Below the pieces are notes generated by a model. That model did not search any database. It saw only the letters and a program-made list of their open reading frames with translations, and had not been told where the DNA came from. The position numbers and the translations under genes are program-made. A stretch of DNA of 46,694 nucleotides from NCBI GenBank assembly GCA_045532525.1, contig JAZSGC010000085.1, forward strand, positions 1 through 46,694. Direction: 5' to 3'. The stretch is from Candidatus Scatosoma sp. (GTDB taxonomy: Bacteria; Bacillota; Clostridia; Christensenellales; Borkfalkiaceae). Shown in pieces: positions 1 through 9,022 of this stretch (its first letter is position 1; the number at the start of each line of letters is the position of its first letter).

Positions 1-25
1 GCAAAGAACGGTTAAAAATAAATAT

Positions 26-2485
26 ATGGAAAATTACACGATAAACGAAATGCAAACAACCAACTTACTCCCCGTCATTCCCCTTCGCGGCAAGGTAGCG
101 TTTCCTCACACGAACGTTTCCTTTGAAGTCGGTAGGGAAATGACCTTAAAAGCCATTCAGCAAGCGACGGCTACGGACAAGCTCGTTTTCATTCTTACCC
201 AACGCAAAACCGAGCAAACGGACGTCACCCCCGACGATTTATACACCGTCGGCTGCGTAGCAAAAATCAAACAAGTCGCACAGCTCACAGGCGGCGCGCT
301 CCGCGTCGTCTGCGAAGGCTTATACCGCGCCAAAGCCCGTTCCATCTCTTTGACCGACGGCTGTTTCCACGCGGTGACGGACCCTGTTAAAACCATTCAC
401 GGCGACGACGTATTAGAAGAAGCGTATTTCCGCACCGCCAAAGAGCTGGTGAAGGACGTGCTTGCCACCGACGGCAAAATCGGCAAGGAAACCATCGCCA
501 AATTAGATAGATGCGAAAACGCGGAAGAATATATGGACGTGGCTTTGTACAGTATGCGTATCCGCTTGGAAATCAAGCAAAAAGTACTGGAAGAGCCCCA
601 GCTTATCGAGCGTTTTAAACAGTTTGAACGCTGCTTAAACGACGAGCTGGAAATCTCCAAAATCGAAAAGAAAATCGCCAGCGCCGTACGCCAAAGCATT
701 GACAAAAACCAAAAGGAATATTTCTTACGCGAACAACTGAAAGCCATTCACAACGAGCTTGGCGACGATGGCAAGGAAGAAGACGAATACCGCGCTAAGG
801 TACTGGAAAAACACCTACCGCAGGATTTGGAAGTCAAATGCTTAAAAGAGATTGACAGACTGAGCAAAATGCCTTCGTCGTCCGCGGAATACACCGTTAT
901 CGCGGGGTATTTAGACCAAGTCCTTTCCCTGCCTTGGACGGAAGAAACGCAGGACACGGAAAGCCTTTCGGACTGTGCAAAAGTACTCGACGCCGACCAT
1001 TACGGACTGGAAAAAATCAAGGAACGCATCACCGAATATCTCGCCGTTTTAAAGCTGACGAACTCGATGAAAGCACCCATTTTATGCTTCGTAGGTCCTC
1101 CGGGCGTCGGTAAAACGAGCATTGCGCAATCGATTGCGCGCGCCTTGGGCAGAAAATTCGTACGAATGAGCCTTGGCGGCGTTAAAGACGAAGCGGAAAT
1201 CCGCGGCCACCGCCGCACCTATATCGGTGCGATGCCGGGTAGAATTCTTTACGGTATGAAAAACGCAGGCTCCATCAATCCCGTTTTCCTACTGGACGAA
1301 ATCGACAAAATCACGTCGGATATGCACGGCGATCCGTCCAGCGCGCTTTTGGAAGTGCTTGATCCCGAGCAAAACGTCAGCTTCCGCGATAGATATTTAG
1401 AAACGCCGTACGATTTAAGCAAAGTGCTCTTTATCACCACGGCAAACTCGCTAGAAACCATTCCCGCACCCTTGCGCGATAGAATGGAAATTATTCAGCT
1501 TTCGGGCTATACAATGGAAGAGAAAATGGAAATTGCGCGGCGGTATCTCGTACCCAAACAGCTCGCGGCAAACGGCTTGACCGACGAGCGCGCGGAATTT
1601 TTGGAAGACGGTATTCGCACGGCGATTGAAGGATATACCCGCGAAGCGGGCGTGCGCACCTTGGAACGCACCGTCGGCACGCTTTGCCGTAAAATTGCGG
1701 TGCAATACGCCGCGGATAAAAACCTGCCTAAGGTTAAGGTGGATAAAGAAAAGGTCGTCGAACTGCTTGGCGCAATCAAGTATAAAAAGGACGAAGACCG
1801 CTTTGTTTCCGAAGTTGGCGCGGTCAACGGCTTGGCTTGGACGTCGATTGGCGGCACGACCTTGACCGTGGAAGCCACGCTGATGCCCGGCAAGGGAGAA
1901 CTTAAATTGACGGGGCAGCTTGGCGACGTAATGAAGGAATCGGCGCTTGCCGCGCTCTCGTTTATCCGCGCGCACGCTGACATCTACGGCATTGACAGTG
2001 AAAAATTCACCAAATCGGATTTACACGTACACGTCCCCGAAGGCGCAACACCCAAGGACGGACCTAGCGCAGGCGTAACCATCGCTACGGCGATTTTGTC
2101 CGTGTTCACGGGTAGAAAGGTGCGCGGCGACGTTGCAATGACGGGCGAAATTACCCTTCGCGGCAGAGTCCTGCCCATCGGCGGTTTAAAGGAAAAGGCG
2201 CTTGCTGCAAGACGTTTGGGAATTAAAACGGTGGTGATTCCCTTGGATAACGCCAACGAAATTCCCGAGCTTCCCAAGGTCTTGCGCGACGAAATTACCT
2301 TCGTACCCGTCAAGCGCGTGGACGAAGTGTTCGATTTGGTTTTGGAAGGCGGAACGTCGTACGACGCATATAAAACGGAAACCAAAACTCCCAAGTCCCG
2401 CAAAAAACGCGCGCCCAAAGCGTTGCCCGTAATGGAAGAAAATCACGGCAGCCACGACGGCGTTCGTTGCGAACAATTTATTTAA
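26..2485 (+). CDS. lon: ATP-dependent Lon protease (LonA type)
   Basis: 819-aa ORF with an N-terminal LON domain. AAA+ Walker A 'GPPGVGKTS' and Walker B 'FLLDEIDK'. C-terminal protease domain with the 'PKDGPSAG' catalytic-Ser motif. Confidence 0.97.
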   Translation: MENYTINEMQTTNLLPVIPLRGKVAFPHTNVSFEVGREMTLKAIQQATATDKLVFILTQRKTEQTDVTPDDLYTVGCVAKIKQVAQLTGGALRVVCEGLYRAKARSISLTDGCFHAVTDPVKTIHGDDVLEEAYFRTAKELVKDVLATDGKIGKETIAKLDRCENAEEYMDVALYSMRIRLEIKQKVLEEPQLIERFKQFERCLNDELEISKIEKKIASAVRQSIDKNQKEYFLREQLKAIHNELGDDGKEEDEYRAKVLEKHLPQDLEVKCLKEIDRLSKMPSSSAEYTVIAGYLDQVLSLPWTEETQDTESLSDCAKVLDADHYGLEKIKERITEYLAVLKLTNSMKAPILCFVGPPGVGKTSIAQSIARALGRKFVRMSLGGVKDEAEIRGHRRTYIGAMPGRILYGMKNAGSINPVFLLDEIDKITSDMHGDPSSALLEVLDPEQNVSFRDRYLETPYDLSKVLFITTANSLETIPAPLRDRMEIIQLSGYTMEEKMEIARRYLVPKQLAANGLTDERAEFLEDGIRTAIEGYTREAGVRTLERTVGTLCRKIAVQYAADKNLPKVKVDKEKVVELLGAIKYKKDEDRFVSEVGAVNGLAWTSIGGTTLTVEATLMPGKGELKLTGQLGDVMKESALAALSFIRAHADIYGIDSEKFTKSDLHVHVPEGATPKDGPSAGVTIATAILSVFTGRKVRGDVAMTGEITLRGRVLPIGGLKEKALAARRLGIKTVVIPLDNANEIPELPKVLRDEITFVPVKRVDEVFDLVLEGGTSYDAYKTETKTPKSRKKRAPKALPVMEENHGSHDGVRCEQFI

Positions 2486-2515
2486 CGCAAGGCAAGCCCT
2501 TGCAAAGGCAAAATT

Positions 2516-3193
2516 ATGTACGAAAGGAAACAGGAAAAACAAGAAAAAACGCCGCCCGCCGTCGTGATTAAAAACGCAACGTTTATCACTAGCGCAGCAA
2601 AAAAAGAACAGTTTATCCACCCCGATAAACCGATGATTGCCGTTTGCGGAAAATCCAACGTGGGCAAAAGCTCGTTTATCAATATGCTTGCCAACCGCAA
2701 AAAGCTTGCCAAAACCAGCAGCGAGCCAGGCCGCACCCGCCTTGTCAATTATTTTGATTTCGGCGAGTTTATCTTGGCGGATTTACCCGGCTACGGCTTC
2801 GCGCGCGTTTCTAAGACCGAAAAAGAAAAGTGGGCGAAAACGCTGGATAGCTTTTTTAAGGACAAGGGCAAAATTGCGCACGTGTTTATGCTGGCGGATT
2901 CCCGTCACGACCCCACCGAAGACGACGTACAGATGATGGAGTTTTTGCATTTCCACACCCTGCCGTTTACCGTTGTGCTCACCAAGGCGGACAAGCTTTC
3001 AAAAATGAAATTGAAAGAGCATATCCGCGCCATCGCCGCCGATTTATATCTCGCGCCTAACAATTTGATTGCCACCAGCGCGGAAACTGGGTACGGAAAG
3101 GACGACGTATTGCGCAAGCTCCGTCACATTATCGACCTTGCCAACGCACCCGTTGAAGAAGACGATGAAATAGACGAAGAAACCGAAGAATAA
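2516..3193 (+). CDS. engB: Ribosome-biogenesis GTPase EngB/YsxC
   Basis: 225-aa ORF with G1 'GKSNVGKSS', G3 'DLPGYG' and G4 'TKADK'. lon-engB adjacency is typical of Firmicutes. Confidence 0.93.
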   Translation: MYERKQEKQEKTPPAVVIKNATFITSAAKKEQFIHPDKPMIAVCGKSNVGKSSFINMLANRKKLAKTSSEPGRTRLVNYFDFGEFILADLPGYGFARVSKTEKEKWAKTLDSFFKDKGKIAHVFMLADSRHDPTEDDVQMMEFLHFHTLPFTVVLTKADKLSKMKLKEHIRAIAADLYLAPNNLIATSAETGYGKDDVLRKLRHIIDLANAPVEEDDEIDEETEE

Positions 3194-3205
3194 GCTTTTA
3201 TGCAA

Positions 3206-3240
3206 AGAAAAACACGGTCAACCGACCGTGTTTTTTGTTT
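3206..3240. terminator. Bidirectional intrinsic terminator (engB / XRE gene)
   Basis: Stem acacggtc (3212-3219) / gaccgtgt (3224-3231) with loop aacc. An A-run lies upstream and a T-run downstream, so it can work on both strands. Confidence 0.85.
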
Positions 3241-3244
3241 TTCT

Positions 3245-3493
3245 TTAAGTCAATATTCCGTCAAAACTCTCATCGAAAATTTCACATAACCGCGCTAACA
3301 ACGCGTAACTTGGCTCGCATATCCCATTCTCCCACGCGCTCACCGTCCGTTGGTCTACCCCCAATTCTTCTGCGAGTTTCTTTTGCGATAAACCCGCGCT
3401 CTTTCGCAAGCTTCTCAAATTTTCCGCAAAACGTATGACCTTTTTTACCGTCCCTTCCAAGCCTTTATTTTCTTCTATTATTTTCTTTTCCAT
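3245..3493 (-). CDS. XRE-family helix-turn-helix transcriptional regulator
   Basis: 82-aa ORF with a single HTH_XRE motif 'LRSLRKSAGLSQKKLAEELGVDQRTVSAWENG'. It is divergent from two membrane-protein genes. Confidence 0.9.
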   Translation of the reverse strand: MEKKIIEENKGLEGTVKKVIRFAENLRSLRKSAGLSQKKLAEELGVDQRTVSAWENGICEPSYALLARLCEIFDESFDGILT

Positions 3494-3511
3494 ATAACCA
3501 TTCCTTTAATT

Positions 3512-3570
3512 AGAATATTACCAAAATTTATGGTAATATTCTTGACATACCAATTTTTTTGGTATATAAT
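3512..3570 (+). promoter_or_regulatory. Sigma-A-type promoter overlapped by two palindromic operators
   Basis: IR1 is AGAATATTACCA-N7-TGGTAATATTCT (3512-3542), with perfect 12-bp arms. The -35 TTGACA is at 3542-3547. IR2 is ATACCAA-N5-TTGGTAT (3547-3565). The -10 TATAAT is at 3565-3570 with a 17-nt spacer. Both IRs share the half-site TACCA/TGGTA. Confidence 0.75.
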
Positions 3571-3629
3571 TAAGGAAAAGCGTTATTCCGCGCCGGTTAA
3601 GTAGATATTTACAGGTTTGGAGAAATTTT

Positions 3630-3992
3630 ATGTATCACGATATGAGCAAAGCAGAAAAAGAAGATTTTAAACAAAAATTATACGAGCAGTTTAATTATGG
3701 GCGTTTACGGCAAATGGAAAAATCATTAAAACTGCTTCATGTTTTCTTTTGGGGTACAGTGACGCTGACTGTCGTTTTTGCCGTTATCACCGCTTTTTTA
3801 ATTCCTTCCCTTGCAAGTATCGTTACAGTAATGCTTTGCATCTTATTTTTGATGTGGACGTTGATATTTATAAAACCTTACAGAGAAAGCCTTAAAACCA
3901 TTAAAAAGGCTTTAAACGATTTTATAATGGAAATAAGTAACAGCAAAATGAATTATGACGAATACAAGGTTTATAAAAATCAGTTACATTGA
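3630..3992 (+). CDS. Hypothetical small membrane protein (2 TM)
   Basis: 120-aa ORF with SD 'ggag' at 3618-3621. Two hydrophobic helices. Codons are strongly A/T-biased compared with flanking genes. I recognise no family. Confidence 0.7.
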   Translation: MYHDMSKAEKEDFKQKLYEQFNYGRLRQMEKSLKLLHVFFWGTVTLTVVFAVITAFLIPSLASIVTVMLCILFLMWTLIFIKPYRESLKTIKKALNDFIMEISNSKMNYDEYKVYKNQLH

Positions 3993-4004
3993 TGAGGATA
4001 TATT

Positions 4005-4895
4005 ATGAACGAAAACAATCCCGTAAACGAAGAAGAAAAGCTCCCTGCAACGGAAACGCAAATTTTTCAAATCAAACGCGTTGTTTTTAAAAATAACACT
4101 CTATGTTTGATTCAATATATCGCAATTATTTTGATCGCAATATTATTTTTTCTTCCGCTTATTAATATTGATTTGGTTATAGCGGAAAAAAATATAAGCT
4201 TATTTGACACCATCATCGCTTCGTCAAAATCGGAAACGTTAAAAGGGCAATTAGCTTATATTTTGGGATCTACAGCGTTTAACGTCCCCGAAAAAATGGA
4301 TTACAATTTTTTCCTTGCAATTATTATAGCCCCTGTTGAATGTTGGGATTCTCAAAATATTGTAAAATCTATATTCACTATACTATGGAATGTTTTCTTC
4401 CTTTTTGGTTTTTTTATATTTCTCTATTATTTCATAATAAGAGCATTGTTTATGATTATACCGATATGTTTGCGTTATGACGTGGAACGGTATTTGCGAT
4501 ACGCAACGTCCGAAACGTTTGATAAACTGTTCTTTTTTAGAGATAAGAAACTGGTTGAAACGCCGACTTTTATATATGATTACGAAACAAATCTCGAAAA
4601 AAACTACCGTGAGCGTTTTAAAAATCGTAAAAAATTCAAAAAGGATTCTCGTCATTTAGTCGGCAATTGTATAGGACTCAGTTTTATCAACGTTTTTGCC
4701 GCGTGTTTTCCATTAAGTATGATATTTAAAGTTATGGCAGTGGAAGGTGTAACCGTTCATTTTTTATTACCTTTCTTAATAATTGCTCTTACGCTTTGCA
4801 TTATAGTATGTAATATACTCCAAATTATTCATTCTAGAAAATATATGCTCACTATACATCAAACCCAAGCCTTGAAACGTTTGATTAAAATTTAA
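4005..4895 (+). CDS. Hypothetical polytopic membrane protein
   Basis: 296-aa ORF with SD 'gagga', 12 nt after the previous stop. Several TM helices and a Lys/Arg-rich central loop. AT-rich codon usage. I recognise no family. Confidence 0.7.
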   Translation: MNENNPVNEEEKLPATETQIFQIKRVVFKNNTLCLIQYIAIILIAILFFLPLINIDLVIAEKNISLFDTIIASSKSETLKGQLAYILGSTAFNVPEKMDYNFFLAIIIAPVECWDSQNIVKSIFTILWNVFFLFGFFIFLYYFIIRALFMIIPICLRYDVERYLRYATSETFDKLFFFRDKKLVETPTFIYDYETNLEKNYRERFKNRKKFKKDSRHLVGNCIGLSFINVFAACFPLSMIFKVMAVEGVTVHFLLPFLIIALTLCIIVCNILQIIHSRKYMLTIHQTQALKRLIKI

Positions 4896-4926
4896 TAAGG
4901 AAGTTCTAAGGTGTTTGTATTAAATG

Positions 4927-4960
4927 AAAAGGGCGAGAAGACAAATTCTCACCCTTTTTT
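4927..4960. terminator. Bidirectional intrinsic terminator (island genes / rqcH)
   Basis: Stem gggcgagaa (4931-4939) / ttctcaccc (4946-4954) with one mismatch. Flanked by AAAA upstream and TTTTTT downstream. Confidence 0.8.
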
Positions 4961-4971
4961 GTTTTTATCAT

Positions 4972-6687
4972 TTAAAGCTTGGGCTTAACCAACACCGTTT
5001 TATAATCGGTATATACCACAAACCCCGCTTTGCTTTTGCTCGGTTTTTTTACAAATTTTCGCTTACAGTAATCCACGGGGATTTTATCTGCTTCCCGTCC
5101 GTCGGAGTAATACGCGCATATTTCCGCGGCTCGTAAAATAATTTCATCGCGTACCTGCCCCCCACGTACGGCAATAATTACGTGGGAAGAATGGTATTTT
5201 TGCGTGTGTAACCAAATATCGTCGGGGTCGGCTTCGCGCAGCAACCTGTCGTTTTGCAGGTTGTTCCGCCCCGCATAAATGGTAAAGCCTTCAAACGTAA
5301 ACTCGCGGAAAGGTAGGGGGGCTTCTTTTTTCTTGCCGCCCACCCGCTCTTTGGGCGCACGCAACAAGCCAAGCTCCGTCAATTCCTGTTCGATTTCCTT
5401 TAAGTCCAAAGCATTTTCGGCGTTTGTAATGGCGGAAAGAACGCTATCCGTGTATGCAATTTCCGCTTGCTCCGCTTGCAGCATCGGCGTTAAAATCTCG
5501 CTCGCGCGCTTATGTTTATTGTAAATTTTAAAATACCGCTGTGCATTTTTCGCAGGCGAAAGAGTGGTATCCAGCGCAATTTTCACCGTGCCGCCCTGCT
5601 CATCGTACCAGTTTTCTAATTCCACGCCGCGCATACCCTTTTCGATACGGTATAAATTCGCCGTCAACAGCTCGCCTTTTATGCGGTATTCTTCCGCTTT
5701 TTTCGCTTCATTTAAGCGTTCTAAGGTGTCTTGCAATTTTTTGGTTTGTTTCTTTTTTAACGCCCGCGCGGTGTTTTCCAGCTTGCGTTTTTTATCTTCA
5801 AACCCCTTTTTATTTTCCCGACGGGTGAAAAACTCGTCTTCCGCTTTGCACAGCGACGGCATCGGCTCGCCGCCGTCTACGGGAAAAGCAAAAAAATCCA
5901 CGGGCTGTCCGTTTTGCGTTTTTAAGCAGGGAACGCACGGCTCGTTTTGACAAAACTCGCCAACAAATTCCCAAAGCGGCGCACCGTACGCGGACGAAAG
6001 GGTGTTTTTCACCGAGCCTGCTTTCTTTGCCGCGCGCATAACGATTTCCCGCGCCGTAGGCAAAGCCAACCCCGAAACGTTTTCAAAAAGAAAAAAGGAA
6101 AGCCCTTCCGCGTCCGCTTCTTCTTGCCGCAGGGAAAGATAATTTTCCAGCCGTGAACGCATACCTGCCCCGTCGAAAGGGGATAATTTATCCTGCGGAA
6201 CGGGATATTCGTATCTCGCCCCCGCAAGCAAAACACGCCTAGAACTATCTTCCAGCGCCGTCGTTTTTAACGCGCCTAAAATCACTCCGTTTTCCGTTAA
6301 AATCACGTTGGAGTATTTGCCCATTAGTTCGCAATGCAGCGTGCGCTTGCTTTCGGAAAAATCGGTAGTACAATGCAAATCGATTTCGATAATGCGTTCA
6401 AAGGCGTATTGCCGCACCGTCAAAATTTCCGCGTTTTGCAGGTGCTTGCGAAGCAACATACAAAAATTCGGCGCGACGGGCGCGGGCTCTTTTTCCGTCA
6501 AAGACAAACAAACGCGTGCGTTGGACGCATTTGCACTCAAAATAAGTTTAACCGTCGATTTTTCGGTGTATATAATAAAGGTGAGCTCGTCCTTATTTAC
6601 TTGCGAAATGCGGTTTATTTTTCCGTGTACAAGCAAGGTATTCAGTTCGGTCGCCAAACGGCGAATATGAAAAGCGTCCTGCGGCAT
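4972..6687 (-). CDS. rqcH: Ribosome quality control protein RqcH (NFACT / FbpA family)
   Basis: 571-aa ORF with an NFACT-N domain, a central coiled coil and a C-terminal NFACT-R/DUF814 region ('WLHTQKYHSSHVII'). Confidence 0.9.
   Translation of the reverse strand: MPQDAFHIRRLATELNTLLVHGKINRISQVNKDELTFIIYTEKSTVKLILSANASNARVCLSLTEKEPAPVAPNFCMLLRKHLQNAEILTVRQYAFERIIEIDLHCTTDFSESKRTLHCELMGKYSNVILTENGVILGALKTTALEDSSRRVLLAGARYEYPVPQDKLSPFDGAGMRSRLENYLSLRQEEADAEGLSFFLFENVSGLALPTAREIVMRAAKKAGSVKNTLSSAYGAPLWEFVGEFCQNEPCVPCLKTQNGQPVDFFAFPVDGGEPMPSLCKAEDEFFTRRENKKGFEDKKRKLENTARALKKKQTKKLQDTLERLNEAKKAEEYRIKGELLTANLYRIEKGMRGVELENWYDEQGGTVKIALDTTLSPAKNAQRYFKIYNKHKRASEILTPMLQAEQAEIAYTDSVLSAITNAENALDLKEIEQELTELGLLRAPKERVGGKKKEAPLPFREFTFEGFTIYAGRNNLQNDRLLREADPDDIWLHTQKYHSSHVIIAVRGGQVRDEIILRAAEICAYYSDGREADKIPVDYCKRKFVKKPSKSKAGFVVYTDYKTVLVKPKL
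5143..5163 (+). repeat. Dispersed repeat copy j (inside rqcH)
   Basis: ttcatcgcgtacctgcccccc. Read by rqcH as 'GGQVRDE'. Confidence 0.7.
6154..6174 (+). repeat. Dispersed repeat copy i (inside rqcH)
   Basis: tgaacgcatacctgccccgtc. Read by rqcH as 'DGAGMRS', a different frame from copy j. Confidence 0.7.
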
Positions 6688-6855
6688 AACCTTACGTCTC
6701 CTTTCCCTAAATTATACCCTAATTTTACGAAATTGTAAATAAAAACGAGCAAAAAACGCTTTATTTTCTTCCTTAAATATGGTAAAATATAAAGCGGTAT
6801 TATCAAAAACCAAGAAAAAATAAAAATTCATATAGATTCAGGAGAATTTCAAACT

Positions 6856-8154
6856 ATGAAGTACACTACCAAAGCGGCAGAAAAAAGCACGGTAAAAATC
6901 ACCTTCAAAATCGACGGTGAAGAATGGAAAGCAGCGGTTCAAAACGCTTACCTTAAAACGAGAGGAAGATTTGCTATCAACGGCTTCCGTAAAGGCAAAG
7001 CTCCCAAATACGTTATCGAAGACGTTTACGGTAAGGGCGTATTTTACGAAGACGCGCTCAATAACCTTTTCAACGAAAATTATGGCAAGGTAATTGATAA
7101 GGAACAAAAGAAATTTACGGTCGTTGGCGATCCCGAAGTTTCCGTAGAGAAATTAGAAGAGGACAACGTTACCATCGTAGCGGTTGTTCCCGTAAAACCC
7201 GAAGTGAAAATTTCTTCCTACACGGGTATGAAAATTAAGCAATTTGCGTATACTGTAAAAGACGAAGAAATCGACGCGGAACTCAACCGCGTGCTCGATA
7301 GAAACGCTCGTAAAGTAGCGGTTACCGACCGCGCTGCACAAGACGGCGACATCGTAAACATCGACTTCGTTGGTACGGTGGACGGCGTGAAGTTCGACGG
7401 CGGTGAAGCGGAAGGCTACGATTTGACACTTGGTAGCGGTCAGTTCATTCCCGGCTTTGAAGAACAGGTCGTTGGTATGAACATCGGCGAAACGAGGGAC
7501 GTGAACGTTACCTTCCCCGAAAACTACCAGGCGGAAGCTTTGAAGGGCAAAGCGGCTGTGTTTGCCGTGAAATTGAACGGCATTCAGGCAAAGGAACTTC
7601 CCGAAGTTACCGACGAATTCATCAAGGAAGCTACGGGCAGCGAAACGCTTGACGCGTACAAGGCAAAAACGAGAGAAAAGCTTGAAAAGCAAGCGGAACG
7701 CCGTGCAAACGACGCAACCGAAAACAGCATTCTCGACGCAATCTCCGCAAACGCAGAAGTTGAAATTCCCCAAGCGATGATTGAAAGAGAAATCGACAAT
7801 CTCGTTAAGAAGTTTGAATATCAGCTTATGTATCAGGGCTTGAAGCTGCAAGACTACCTTGAATTCTTGAAAATCGACGTTTCCGAGTTTAGAAAGAACT
7901 ATGAAGAACAAGCAAAGAAGAACGTTTTGAACCAGCTTGTTATTTCTCAGCTTATTAAGGACGAAAAAATCGAAGCGACGGACGAAGAAGTAGACGCGCA
8001 AATCGCCAAGCAGGCAGCGGAAGTCAACAAGACGACGGAAGAATACAAGAAGAATATGGATCCCCGTCAATTCGACTATATCAGCAGCGATATCGTTATC
8101 ACCAAGCTTTTCGACTTCTTGAAAGCAAACAACGAAATGTACTTGGAAGACTAA
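6856..8154 (+). CDS. tig: Trigger factor
   Basis: 432-aa ORF with the ribosome-binding 'GFRKGKAP' motif, a central FKBP-type PPIase and a C-terminal chaperone domain. SD 'aggag' upstream. Confidence 0.96.
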   Translation: MKYTTKAAEKSTVKITFKIDGEEWKAAVQNAYLKTRGRFAINGFRKGKAPKYVIEDVYGKGVFYEDALNNLFNENYGKVIDKEQKKFTVVGDPEVSVEKLEEDNVTIVAVVPVKPEVKISSYTGMKIKQFAYTVKDEEIDAELNRVLDRNARKVAVTDRAAQDGDIVNIDFVGTVDGVKFDGGEAEGYDLTLGSGQFIPGFEEQVVGMNIGETRDVNVTFPENYQAEALKGKAAVFAVKLNGIQAKELPEVTDEFIKEATGSETLDAYKAKTREKLEKQAERRANDATENSILDAISANAEVEIPQAMIEREIDNLVKKFEYQLMYQGLKLQDYLEFLKIDVSEFRKNYEEQAKKNVLNQLVISQLIKDEKIEATDEEVDAQIAKQAAEVNKTTEEYKKNMDPRQFDYISSDIVITKLFDFLKANNEMYLED

Positions 8155-8207
8155 TCGCCGAAAAGTAAAACTGCTTTTATTGCGAATTTTTGCAAACCTG
8201 TTTATAC

Positions 8208-8234
8208 CGACGCGCCCGATTTTTGGGCGCGTCG
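8208..8234 (+). other. GC-rich stem-loop after tig (weak terminator or processing signal)
   Basis: cgacgcgccc / gggcgcgtcg, a 10-bp perfect stem with loop gattttt. No U-tract follows it. Confidence 0.4.
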
Positions 8235-8270
8235 CAAATTCCTAATCCAACATAAGGACGATTATTAAAA

Positions 8271-8861
8271 ATGGAAAAGAACGTTTTGGTTCCCTACGTT
8301 GTGGAACGCACTTCTTCGGGGGAAAGATCTTATGATTTATATTCCCGTTTGCTGGACGATAGAATTATCTTTTTAAGCGGCGAAATCAACGACGCGTTGG
8401 CAAATACCGTCGTTGCACAGCTCATCTATTTGGAGGGTAAGGATTCCACCAAAGACATCAGCTTGTATATCAACTCTCCCGGCGGCTCGGTTTCCGCTGG
8501 TATGGCGATTTACGACACGATGAACTACATCAAATGCGACGTTTCCACAATTTGTATCGGTTTGGCTGCGTCGATGGGCGCGTTCCTGCTTTCCAGCGGC
8601 GCGCGCGGTAAGCGTTACGCTTTGCCCAACTCCGAAATTATGATTCATCAGCCCCTTGGCGGCGCGCAAGGTCAGGCGAGCGATATCAAAATCCAAGCGG
8701 AGCATATCTTGCGTACCAAAGCAAAACTCAATCGTATTCTTGCTGAAAACACGGGCAAGGACATCTCGATTATCGAACGCGATACCGACCGCGACAATTA
8801 CATGTCTGCGGACGAAGCTCGCAATTACGGTTTGATTGACAGAGTATTCACTAGAAGATAA
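8271..8861 (+). CDS. clpP: ATP-dependent Clp protease proteolytic subunit
   Basis: 196-aa ORF with active-site Ser in '[11 protein letters not shown]' and His in 'MIHQPLGG'. Confidence 0.97.
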   Translation: MEKNVLVPYVVERTSSGERSYDLYSRLLDDRIIFLSGEINDALANTVVAQLIYLEGKDSTKDISLYINSPGGSVSAGMAIYDTMNYIKCDVSTICIGLAASMGAFLLSSGARGKRYALPNSEIMIHQPLGGAQGQASDIKIQAEHILRTKAKLNRILAENTGKDISIIERDTDRDNYMSADEARNYGLIDRVFTRR

Positions 8862-8880
8862 TCCTTTCGTTTGAGTGTTG

Positions 8881-8919
8881 CGCGCAAATTCCCCTTCGGG
8901 TTTTTGCGCGTTTTCTTCC
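8881..8919 (+). terminator. Intrinsic terminator/attenuator between clpP and clpX
   Basis: cgcgcaaa (8881-8888) / tttgcgcg (8903-8910) with an inner ccc/ggg pairing, followed by ttttcttcc. Confidence 0.7.
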
Positions 8920-8927
8920 AAAACCCC

Positions 8928-8957
8928 AAAACGAGTGGGGCAGGTATGCGATGAACG
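8928..8957 (-). repeat. Dispersed repeat copy a (clpP-clpX spacer, inverted orientation)
   Basis: The plus strand reads aaaacgagtggggcaggtatgcgatgaacg. Confidence 0.8.
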
Positions 8958-9022
8958 AAAGTTTTTCAAGCTTTCACCCTTTATTTTCGACGCGCATATC
9001 TATAAAAATATGGAGTTTAATT

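Noticed and set aside
3231-4966. The shared T-rich 12-mer TTTTTTGTTTTT at both borders of the AT-rich island (3231-3242 and 4955-4966), considered as possible att-like direct repeats.
   Set aside because: Both are simply the U-tracts of intrinsic terminators. The sequence is low-complexity, and no integrase or recombinase is present.
7153-8070. A 305-aa minus-strand ORF inside tig. Similar antisense or alternate-frame ORFs occur in lon (1451-1975, 1507-1983), the SPFH gene (34801-35634, 35162-35611, 35249-35686) and the repeat region of the 14679 gene (14661-14951).
   Set aside because: All overlap confidently identified genes. They arise in repeat or biased-composition DNA and have no SD.
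8951-9022. A 24-codon N-terminal extension of clpX suggested by the ORF track.
   Set aside because: The extension begins inside a dispersed-repeat copy and has no ClpX-like sequence. The internal ATG 9023 has an SD and yields the canonical zinc-finger N-terminus.
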